Shown here piece after piece: positions 47,601-59,600 of a stretch of 64,000 nt of DNA. Every line of letters begins with the position of its first letter. The stretch's first letter is position 1. The position numbers and the translations under genes were made by a program. The DNA comes from a virus (taxonomy: Duplodnaviria > Heunggongvirae > Uroviricota > Caudoviricetes), in IMG/VR virus record IMGVR_UViG_3300029705_000023, positions 109,563-173,562 of that record; one strand, written 5' to 3'. The notes beneath the pieces are model-generated. The model had not been told where the DNA came from. It was given only the letters and a program-made list of their open reading frames with translations, and made no database searches.

Positions 47601-50600
47601 CGGCTGTTGATCTCTCCGAAGTTGCGAAGTCTGCTGAACTTTCAACTCTTGCGAAAGAAGCGACTGTTCAGACATTGGCTACTTCTGAAGGTTTGACAGC
47701 TGCCGAAGCCGCCATTCTCGACAGCATTGAAGCCATCCCGACTGTGGATCTTTCAGCCGTTGCGAAATCCTCCGAACTTGAACCTCTTGCGAAAGAAGCA
47801 ACCGTCCAGACATTGGCTACTCCGGCAGATATTACTTCCGCGAAGAATGAAATTCTGGAAAGCATTGAAGCCATTCCGGAAACGGATCTCTCCGAAGTTG
47901 CGAAATCTTCCGAACTTTCAACTCTGGCGAAGGAAGCAACGGTTCAAACATTGGCAACTTCCGAAGGTTTAACTTCTGCAAAGAATGAAATTCTGGAAAG
48001 CATTGAAGCCATTCCGGAAGCTGACCTCTCCGAAATTGCGAAATCCTCTGAACTTTCAACTCTCGCGAAGTCTGCGCAGTTTGAAGGACTGGCTACTCTG
48101 GAAAGTGTGAATTCCGCGAAGAATGAAATTCTCGCAGGAATTGAAAACATTCCGGAAGTCGATCTCTCAGCGGTTGCGAAGTCTTCCGAACTTGAAACTC
48201 TCGCCAAAGAAGCGACTCTCACCGAAGTTGCGAAGTTCACAGGATTGGCTACTTCCGCGAGTTTGAACTCTGTGAAAGATGAACTCATCCAGAAATGCGC
48301 AACTGCCGAAGGTTTCGCAACTCCGCAGGATATTACTTCCGCGAAGAATGCGATTCTGGAAAGCATTGAAGCCATTCCGGAAACGGATCTCTCGCAGGTT
48401 GCGAAATCCGCGGAACTTGAAACTCTGGCGACATTGGCATCTGTCCAGAATGCGAATACTTCGCTGAGTGCGAAACTTGGTGAGATCGAAAAGTTCACCG
48501 GACTGGCAACCTCCGCAGATGTTACGGCTTCCCGGAATGTTATCATTCAGAAAATTGAAAGTATTCCGGAAGCTGATCTTTCCGAAGTCGCGAAATCTTC
48601 CGAACTTGAAACTCTCGCCAAGGAAGCAACTGTCCAGACATTGGCAACTTCCGAAGGTTTGAACTCTGTCCAGAATGTCATCCTCACGGAAATGGAAACT
48701 CTGGCAAGTGCGGTAACCGCTCAGGATATTAAAACTGTTTCGGATGAGATTAAGACAGCTGTTACAAATATCAACTCTTCCGTGGGTGAGATCGCTGAGG
48801 ATGTTGAAACTGTCAAAGGTTACACAGATGAATTGGAATCACTGGTTCAGGGAATTCCAACTTCCGGAAACATTGCGTCCGCGGTCTGGTCGCATACTTC
48901 CAGAGATCTCACACGCTACGAAGTTGCCGATCTTTCCGAAGTTGCTAAATCTTCCGAACTTTCCATTCTCGCCAAGGAAGTAACGGTCCAGACATTGGCT
49001 ACTTCTGAAGGTTTAACTTCCGCGAAGAATGCGATTCTGGAAAGCATTGAAGCCATTCCGGAAACAGATCTTTCGGCAGTTGCGAAATCTGCGGAACTTG
49101 AAACTCTCGCGAAAGAAGCAACTGTTCAGACTCTCGCTGCTTCCGAAGGTTTGAACTCTGCGAAGAGTGAAATTCTCACGAAGATTGAAAGTATCCCAAC
49201 TGTGGATCTTTCGGCAATTGCGAAGTCTTCCGAACTTTCCATTCTCGCCAAAGAAGCAACGGTCCAAACATTGGCTACTTCTGAAGGTTTAACTTCCGTG
49301 AAGAATGAAATTCTCACGAAATGCGCAACTGCCGCAGGTTTCGCAGTTCCGGCAGATATTGATTCTGCGAAGAATGAAATTCTGGAAAGCATTGAAGGTA
49401 TCCCGACTGTCGATCTCTCCGAAGTTGCTAAATCTGCTGAGCTTGAAACTCTCGCCACATTGGAAAGTGTCCAGAATGCGAACACTTCCTTAAGTGCGAA
49501 ACTTGACGAAGTCGGCAGGTTCACAGGGATCGCAACTTCCGCAGATGTTACGGCTTCCCGGAATGTCATCGTTCAGAAAATTGAAAGTATCCCGGAAGCC
49601 GATCTTTCCGAAGTTGCGAAATCCAGCGAACTTTCAACTCTCGCCAGAGTCTCCGACCTGGAAACATTGGCAACGCTGGAAAGTGTCACATCTGCGAAGA
49701 ATGACATTCTCACCGGAATTGAAAGTATCCCGACTGTGGATCTTTCCGAAGTCGCGAAATCTACGGAACTGAACATTCTGGCGAAAGAAGCAACTGTTCA
49801 GACATTGGCAACTTCTGAAAGTCTGGATTCTGTCAAGGATGAACTCATTCAGAAATGCGCAACTGCCGCAGGGTTCGCAACTCCGGCAGATATTACTTCT
49901 GCCCAGAATGTCATCGTTCAGAAGATCGAAAGCATTCCGGAAGCTGATCTCTCCGAAGTCGCCAAGTCTTCCGAACTTTCAACTCTGGCGACATTGGAAG
50001 CTGTCCAGAATGTGAACACTTCACTGGATGCGAAACTCACCGAAGTCGGCAAGTTCACCGGATTGGCTACTTCCGAAGGTTTAACTTCTGCGAAGAATGA
50101 GATTCTCGCGGAAATTGAAAGTATCCCGACTGTGGATCTTTCTGAGGTTGCGAAATCTGCGGAACTTGAACCTCTCGCGAAGAGTGCACAGTTTGAAGGA
50201 TTGGCAACTCTGGAAAGTGTGGATTCCGCGAAAGATTCCATTCTCGATGAAATGGAAACTCTCGCGACAGCTGTTACTGCGCAGGATATTAAAACTGTCT
50301 CGAATGAGATTAAGACAGCCGTTTCGACCATTAATCTTTCGGTGGATTCCATTCTCGCGGATGTTCAAACCATCGAAGGTTACACAGATGAACTGGAAGG
50401 AATGGTCCAGAACCTTCCAACTTCCAAAGGGATCGCGGAAGCGGTTTGGAACTTTGGAAACATGGAAGGTTCGGAAACTTCCAATGTCCGCGAACTTTCA
50501 AACTTCCCGATGGTCGATATTTCAGGACTTGCGAAAGTCTCTGACGTTGAAAACCTCGCGAAAGAAGCAACTGTTCAGACATTGGCGACTTCTGAAAGTT

Positions 50601-53600
50601 TGAACTCCGCGAAGAATGAAATTCTGGAAAGCATTGAAAGCATTCCGGAAGCTGATCTTTCCGAAGTTGCGAAGTCTTCCGAACTTGAACCTTTGGCGAA
50701 AGAAGCAACTCTCAACGAAGTCGGCAGGTTCGCCGGACTGGCAACTTCCGCGGAATTGAACTCTGTGAAGGATACAGTTATTAATAACATTGAAAGTATC
50801 CCGACTGTCGATCTCTCCGAAGTTGCGAAGTCTTCCGAACTTGAACCTCTGGCGAAAGAAGCAACTCTCACTGAAGTCGGCAGGTTCACCGGACTGGCAA
50901 CTTCTGAAAATGTCACATCCGCACAGAATGCCATTCTCGCGGAAATATCCAACCTTCCGGATATTGAAACGGTCCAGGGATGGAATTCGGAACTGGATGA
51001 AAAACTTTCCGAGATCAGCAAGTTCACCGGACTGGCAACTTCCGCCAATGTGGAAGCTGCGCAGAGTGTCATTCTCGCAGGAATTGAAAGTATTCCGGAA
51101 ACGGATCTCTCGCAGGTCGCGAAATCTTCCGAACTTTCAACTCTGGCGACATTGGAAAGTGTTCAGAATGTGAATTCCAAACTGAATGTCATTCCTGCGG
51201 AAGTGTGGAATTACGGAAACGCTGAAGGTTCCGAAACTTCCAATGTTCGTGAACTTTCAACTTTCCCGATGGTTGACATTTCCGAGCTTGCGAAATCTTC
51301 GGAACTTGAACCTCTTGCCAAGGAAGCAACTCTTAACGAAGCTGCGAAGTTCACAGGATTGGCTACTTCCGCCAATGTGGAAGCTGCGCAGAGTGCCATT
51401 CTCGCCGGAATTGAAAGCATTCCGGAAGCTGATCTTTCCGAAGTTGCGAAATCTTCTGAACTTGAACCTCTCGCGAAGAGTGCACAGTTCGCGAACATGG
51501 CAACTCTGGAAAGTGTCGAATCCGCGAAGAACGCGATCCTTGAACAGTGCGCAACGGCTGAAGGGTTCGCAACTCCGGCAGATATTACTTCCGCGAAGAA
51601 TGAAATCCTCACAGGAATTGAAGCCATTCCGGAAACGGATCTCTCGGCAGTTGCGAAGTCCGCGGAACTTGAACCTCTCGCCACTTTGGAATCTGTCCAG
51701 AATGTGAACACTTCACTGAGTGCGAAACTGGGTGAGATCGAAAAGTTCACCGGATTGGCAACCTCCGCAGATGTTACTTCCGCGAAGGATGCGGTCCTTG
51801 CCGGAATTCAGACTTCCGAAAATGCTCTTTCTTCGGAACTTGAACCTCTTGCGAAGGAAGTAACTCTCGCGAATGTGAATACTTCCGTAACTTCCATACC
51901 TTCCGAAGTGTGGAACTTCGGCGGAAGCCATGCCTATCGAACAGTTCAGACCGATGGAATTCAGATCGAAGGAAACATTTCCGCAAGTGTTGATAATGCG
52001 GCGATCGCAAAAGAAGTCTGGAGTTACACTTCCAGAAGTTTGAATTCTCTGAAGGTCTCCGCTTCTTCCTCGATCGCATCTTCTGCCGAACTTGAAACTC
52101 TTGCGACAGGCACAGGTCTGGAAGATGTGAAACTTCTGGTGAGTAAGATACCGACCACAGTTCTCACTGCCGCAGACATTGCGCCTCTGGCAACATTGGA
52201 AAGTGTGGAAGGTATGGCCACTTCCGAAGGTTTAACTTCCGTGAAGAATGAAATTCTCACGAAATGCAAAACCGCGGAAGGTTTCGCAGTTCCGGCAGAT
52301 ATTGATTCTGCGAAGAATGAAATTCTCACGAAGATTGAAGGTATCCCGACTGTGGATCTTTCCGAAGTTGCGAAGTCTTCCGAACTTGAACCTCTGGCGA
52401 AAGAAGCAACTGTTCAGACATTGGCAACTTCCGAAGGTTTGAACTCTGTTCAGAATGTCATTTCCGCGAAGATCGAAAGTATTCCGGAAACAGATCTCTC
52501 GGCAGTTGCGAAATCTGCGGAACTTGAAACGCTCGCGACCCTGGAATCTGTCCGGAATGTGAATTCCAGGCTGGATACCATCCCTGCGGAAGTGTGGAAT
52601 TATGGAAACATGGAAGGTTCTGAAACTTCTACAGTTCGCGAACTTTCCAGCTTCCCGATGGTTGACATTTCGGAACTTGCGAAGTCTTCCGAACTTGAAC
52701 CTCTCGCGAAGTCTGCACAGTTTGAAGGGATCGCTACTTTGGCAAGTGTTGATTCCGCAAAGGATGAAATTCTCGCAGGAATTGAAAGTATCCCGGAGGC
52801 TGATCTTTCCGAAGTTGCTAAATCTGCGGAACTTTCAACTCTCGCGAAAGAGGCAACGGTCCAGACATTGGCTACTTCCGAAGGTTTGAACGCTGCTCAG
52901 AATGCTATTGTCCAGAAGATCGAAAGTATCCCGACTGTGGATCTTTCCGAAGTTGCGAAGTCTGCTGAACTTGAACTTCTGGCGAAAGAAGCAACTGTCC
53001 AGACATTGGCAACTTCTGAAGGTTTAACTTCCGCGAAGAATGCGATTCTGGAAAGCATTGAAAGTATTCCGGAAGCTGATCTTTCCGAAGTCGCGAAATC
53101 TTCCGAACTTGAACCTTTGGCGAAAGAAGCGACTGTCCAGACATTGGCAACTTCTGAAGGTTTAACTTCCGCGAAGAATGAAATTCTCGCCGGAATTGAA
53201 AGCATTCCGGAAACGGATCTTTCCGAAGTTGCGAAGTCTGCCGAACTTGAAACTCTCGCCACTTTGGAATCTGTCCAGAATGTGAACACCTCCTTAAGTG
53301 CGAAACTCAACGAAGTCGGCAAGTTCACAGGATTGGCAACTTCCGAAGGTTTAACTTCCGCGAAGAATGAAATTCTGGAAAGCATTGAAAGTATTCCGGA
53401 AACGGATCTTTCCGAAGTCGCGAAATCTTCCGAACTTTCAACTCTCGCGAAGGAAGCGACTCTGGCGAATGTGAACACATCCGTAAGTGCGATACCTGCG
53501 GAAGTGTGGAACTTTGGCGGATCGTACACTTACCGAACGGTTCAGGCTGACGGAGTGAAGATCGAAGGCGAAGTTTCCGCAAGTGTGGACGTTGCGGAGA

Positions 53601-56600
53601 TCGTCAATTCTGTCTGGAATTATCCTTCCGCGTCTGTCATTTCCGGAACGATGGGATCTTCCGTCACTTCTACACTTTCTCAGGTTGGAACTCTGGCGAC
53701 AAGTGAATCTCTGGCAAATGTGAAATCGGCCGTGGATGCCATTCCGACCGACATTTCCCATCTCGCGAAAGAAGCAACTGTCCAGACATTGGCCACTTCC
53801 GCAGCTTTAACTTCTGCGAAGGATGACATTCTCGCGAAGATCGAAAGTATTCCGGAAACAGATCTCTCGGCAGTTGCGAAATCTGCGGAACTTGAAACTC
53901 TCGCGAAGTCTTCACAGTTTGAAGGATTGGCGACTCTGGAAAGTGTGGATTCTGCCCAGAATGCTATCGTTCAGAAGATCGAAAGCATTCCGGAAACGGA
54001 TCTCTCCGAAGTTGCCAAGTCTTCCGAACTTGAAACTCTCGCGACACTGGAATCTGTCCAGAATGTGAATACTTCGCTGAGTGCGAAACTTGATGAAGTC
54101 GGCAAGTTCACCGGACTGGCTACTTCCGAAGGTTTAACTTCTGCGAAGAATGAAATTCTGGAAAGCATTGAAAGTATTCCGGAAACGGATCTCTCCGAAG
54201 TTGCGAAATCCTCTGAACTTGAAACTCTCGCGAAGTCTTCACAGTTTGAAGGATTGGCAACGCTGGAAAGTGTGGATTCTGCGAAAGATTCCATCATTCA
54301 GAAGATCGAAAGCATTCCGGAAACGGATCTTTCGGCAGTTGCGAAATCTGCGGAACTTGAAACTCTCGCCAGAGTCTCCGATCTGGAAACATTGGCAACG
54401 CTGGAAAGTGTCACATCCGCGAAAGATGAAATTCTCGCAGGAATTGAAGGTATTCCGGAAGCTGATCTTTCCGAAGTTGCGAAGTCTTCCGAACTTTCAA
54501 CTCTGGCGACATTGGAAAGTGTCCAGAATGTGAATACTTCCGTGAATGCGATACCTTCCGAAGTGTGGAATTTCGGCGAAAGCGCAAACGATCGGCAGGT
54601 TTATGCCGCCGGAGTTTCTATCTCCGGAAATGTTTCGATCGACTCGGATGCTATTGCTGAAAAGGTTTGGAATTACGGAAACATGGAAGGTTCCGAAACG
54701 TCTACAGTCCGCGAACTTTCAACTTTCCCGATGGTCGACATCTCCGAACTTGCGAAAGTCTCCGACGTTGAAAACCTCGCAAAAGAAGCAACTGTCCAGA
54801 CATTGGCGACTTCCGCAGCTTTAACTTCCGCGAAAGATGACATTCTCGCGCAATGCAAAACTGCCGCAGGATTTGCGACTCCGGCAGATGTGGAAACGGC
54901 GAAGAATGAAATTCTCGCGGAAATGGAAACTTCCGAAACTTCCATTCTTGGGAAAGTTGAAAAGCTCCCGACATCTTCTACTATCGCGAAAGCGGTATGG
55001 GATGAAAGTTTGACTTCTCACACCCTGACAGGTTCGGCAGGTTCCGCACTTTCCGGAACTGCGACATCTGTCAGTGCTGAAAACATCCAGAGCATGACTT
55101 CCGCGATCCAGACTTCGGTCGCAAAGATCCAGACTTCGGCGAACAACATCGCGGAAGATGTGGATCTTATCGAAGGTTACACCGATGAACTGGAGGGAAT
55201 GGTCCAGAACCTTCCGACTTCCGAAAATATCGCATCTTCTGTCTGGTCTGCATCCAAACGGGAATTGACACGCTACGAAGTTGCCGATGTTTCCAAACTG
55301 GCCACTTCTGAAGGTTTAACTTCTGCGAAGAATGAAATTCTGGAAAGCATTGAAAGTATTCCGGAAACAGATCTCTCGGCCGTTGCGAAATCTTCTGAAC
55401 TTTCAACTCTCGCGACGTTGGAAAGTATTCAGAATGTGAATACTTCCGTAAACGCGATACCTGAAAAAGTGTGGAATTACGGAAATGTTGAAGGTTCTGA
55501 AACTTCCAATGTCCGCGAACTTTCAGCTTTCCCGCTGGTCGACATTTCGGAACTTGCGAAATCTTCGGAACTTGAACCTCTCGCCACTCTGGAATCTGTC
55601 CAGAATGTGAATACTTCGCTGAGTGCGAAACTTGATGAAGTCGGCAAGTTCACAGGAATTGCAACTTCGGAAGAGTTGAACTCTGCGCAGAGTTCCATTC
55701 TCACGAAGATCGAAGCCATCCCAACTGCGGATCTCTCGACAGTTGCGAAATCTTCCGAGCTTTCAACTCTCGCGAAAGAAGCAACTGTTCAGACATTGGC
55801 TACTTCCGAAGGTTTAACTTCCGCGAAGAATGAAATCCTCACAGGAATTGAAAACATTCCAGAAACGGATCTTTCAGCGATTGCTAAATCTTCTGAACTT
55901 GAAACTCTGGCAAAGAGTGCACAGTTTGAAGGATTGGCAACGCTGGAAAGTGTCAACACTGCGAAGAATGAAATTCTCGCCGGAATCGAAAGTATCCCGA
56001 CTGTGGATCTCTCGGCAGTTGCTAAGTCTTCGGAACTTTCAACTCTCGCCAAAGAAGCAACTCTCAACAAAGTCGGCAAGTTCACAGGATTGGCTACTTC
56101 CGAAGGTTTGAACTCTGTGAAAGATGAAATCCTCACAGAAATTGAAAGCATTCCGGCTGTTGATCTCTCCGAAGTTGCTAAATCTTCCGAACTTGAAACT
56201 CTCGCGAAAGAAGCAACTCTCACCGAAGTCGGCAAGTTCACCGGATTGGCTACTTCCGAAGGTTTGAACTCTGCTAAGAGTGAAATTCTCGCGGAAATTG
56301 GAAGTATCCCGACTGTCGATCTTTCCGAAGTTGCGAAATCTTCCGAACTTGAACCTCTCGCGACATTGGAAAGTGTCCAGAGTGTGAAAGATGCCGTGGA
56401 TGGAACTCCTGCCAAAGTATGGAATTACGGAGGAAACTACACTTACCGAACAGTTCAGGCTGACGGAGTGACCATCGAAGGCGAAGTTTCAGCCAATGTC
56501 AATAACGCGGAAATTGCCAAAGAAGTTTGGAATTATGGAAACGAATCCGGAACTGTTTCAGGACTTCGCGAACTTTCAAACTTCCCGCTGGTCGATATTT

Positions 56601-59600
56601 CAGGACTTGCGAAATCTTCGGAACTTGAAACTCTCGCCAGAGTCTCTGATCTGGAAGGATTGGCCACTTCCGCAGCTTTAACTTCCGCGAAGAATGAAAT
56701 TCTGGAAGGAATTGAAAGCATTCCGGAAACGGATCTCTCCGAAGTTGCGAAATCCGCGGAACTTTCGACTCTCGCCAAGGTTTCCGACCTGGAAACATTG
56801 GCAACTCTGGAAAGTGTCACATCCGCGAAAGATGCCATTCTCACCGGAATTGAAAGCATTCCGGAAACAGATCTCTCGCAGGTTGCGAAGTCTTCCGAAC
56901 TTTCAATTCTCGCAAAAGAAGCAACGGTCCAGACATTGGCCACTTCCGCAGCTTTAACTTCTGCGAAGGATGACATTCTTGCGGAAATTGAAAGTATCCC
57001 GACTGTGGATCTTTCCGAAGTTGCGAAATCTGCGGAACTTTCAACTCTCGCGAAAGTTTCTGATCTGGAAACTTTGGCAACTCTGGAAAGTGTTGATTCT
57101 GCCCAGAGTTCCATTCTCGCGAAGATCGAAAGTATTCCGACTGTGGATCTTTCCGAAGTTGCGAAATCTGCGGAACTTTCAACTCTGGCGAAAGAGGAAA
57201 CTCTCACCGAAGTCGGCAAGTTCACCGGATTGGCAACTTCTGAAAATGTCACTTCCGCGCAGAATGCCATTCTCAACAAGTTGAACTCCTCGCTGAATGT
57301 GGATCTCTCAACAGTTGCGAAGAAGACCGACCTTGCGGCTCTGGCGAAAGAGGAAACTCTCGGAACATTGGCAACTCCGGCAGATATTACTTCCGCGCAG
57401 AATGCCATCGTCCAGAAGATCAACAGTATCCCGACTGTCGATCTCTCGGCAGTTGCGAAATCCGCGGAACTTGAAACTCTCGCGAAAGTTTCCGACCTGG
57501 AAGGATTGGCAACTCTGGCAAGTGTCGATTCCGCGAAGAATGAAATTCTCACGGAAATGGAAAACATCCCGACTGTGGATATTTCCGGACTCGCTACTTC
57601 CGCGCAGGTCGAGAATATCGCGAAGGTCTCCGATCTGGCCGGGTTGGCGACTTCCGAAGGTGTGGAAACTGCCGTGAATGCGGTACCTGAAAAGGTGTGG
57701 AACTATGGCGAGGATTACACTTCCCGAAGTGTGAAAGCCAACGGCGTTTCACTCGAAAGTTCGGAACTTACTGTGAATATTGACTCTGCCGAAATTGCAA
57801 ACCGCGTCTGGTCGAATACTTCCAGAACATTGACTTCCGGCGAGAATATCGACCTCTCCGGATTGGCGACCTCCGAAGGTGTGGAAGCTGCGAAGGATGC
57901 CATTCTCGCAGAGTGCAAAACGGCCGAAGGTTTCGCTACTCCGGCGGATGTGAAAGCCTCCGAAAATGCCATCCTTTCCGAAATGGAAACGCTGGCAACC
58001 GCGGTATCCGCCCAGGACATCAAAACCATTTCGGATGAAATCAAGTCGGCCGTTACGAACATCTCCGAAAGTGTGCATACCATCGAAGGCTACACAGATG
58101 AGCTGGAATCGCTTGTTCAGGGAGTTCCCACTTCCGGAAACATTGCATCAGCCGTCTGGTCGCACACTTCCAGAGATCTCACACGCTACGAAGTTGCGGA
58201 TCTCTCCGAAGTTGCGAAGAAGGGCGACCTTGCAGATCTCGCGAAAGTCTCCGACCTTGCGGACGTTGCGAAGTCTGCGGACCTTGAAAACGTCGCGAAA
58301 GTCACCGACCTTGCAGACCTTGCGAAGGTTTCCGACCTTGCAGACCTTGCGAAGGTTTCCAACCTTGCGGACCTTGCGACCTCCGAAGGTCTCACACTTG
58401 CGAAGGATGCCATTCTTGCAGGGTGTAAAACTGCCGAAGGTTTCGCGACGCCGGCGGATGTGGAACTTGCCGTCGATGCCATTCCTGAAAAGGTGTGGAA
58501 CTTCGGCGAGAATTCCAACTCGCGAACTGTGAAAGCCGAAGGCGTTTCGCTCGAAACTTCAGAACTTACGGTCGAAGTCGATTCCGCGAAGATCGCACAG
58601 GCTGTCTGGTCGAATACTTCCAGAACCTTGACTTCCAGCGAAAATATCGATTTCCCGGAATTCAACACCTCGGATCTTGCGAAAGTCACTGACCTTGAAG
58701 ACCTTGCGAAGGTCTCCGATCTGACGGGCATTGCGACCTCTGCGGATGTGGAAGCTGCGAAGGATGCCATTCTCGCGAAGTGTGAAACTCCGGAAGGTCT
58801 CGCAACCGCTGCGGATGTGGAATCTGCGAAGGATGAAATTCTCGCAGGGTGCAAGACTGCGGAAGGTTTCGCAACCGCTGCGGATGTGAAAGCCTCCGAG
58901 GAAGTCATCCTCGCGAAGCTGAACACTTCGCTCGATGTCGATCTCTCCGACGTCGCGAAGAAGGACGACCTTACCGACCTCGCGAAGAAGGAAGACCTCG
59001 CCGGATTGGCGACCTCCGAAAGTGTGAATGCTGCGCAGAATGCCATCCTTCAGAAGATCGACGATCTGCCGAAGCAGGAAACCTCCGGAGATGGGGAAGG
59101 GACGGTAACTGTCGATCCTGCCGAGATCGCAAACGCTGTCTGGTCGCACACCTCCCGAGAATTAACATCCTACCCGGATGTCAGCCTCGACGGAGTTGCG
59201 AAGTCCGCGGAACTTGCCGACCTCGCGAAGGTTTCCGATCTGGCAGAGATCGCGACCGTCCGGGATGTTCAGCTTGCAAGAGATACGATCCTTGGTAAAC
59301 TGGATACTTCCCTGAATGTCGATACTTCCGAACTTGTGAAACGTTCCGATCTGGAAAACCTCGCGGCAGGAAGAACTCTCGCGGATCTCGCAACGCCGAA
59401 GGATGTGAATATCCAGGTAAATGCGGATGGTCTGAACGTTCCAAACGCCGAGGAAGTCGCAGACGCAGTCTGGAATGCAGAGTCCAGAACGCTGACAGAT
59501 CTGGAAGGTATCGACCTCTCCGGACTGGCGAAGTCAGAAGAACTTGAAAAGCTGGCGAAGGAGTCCACCCTCCAGAGCCTGAGACAGCTCCTGCGTTCGC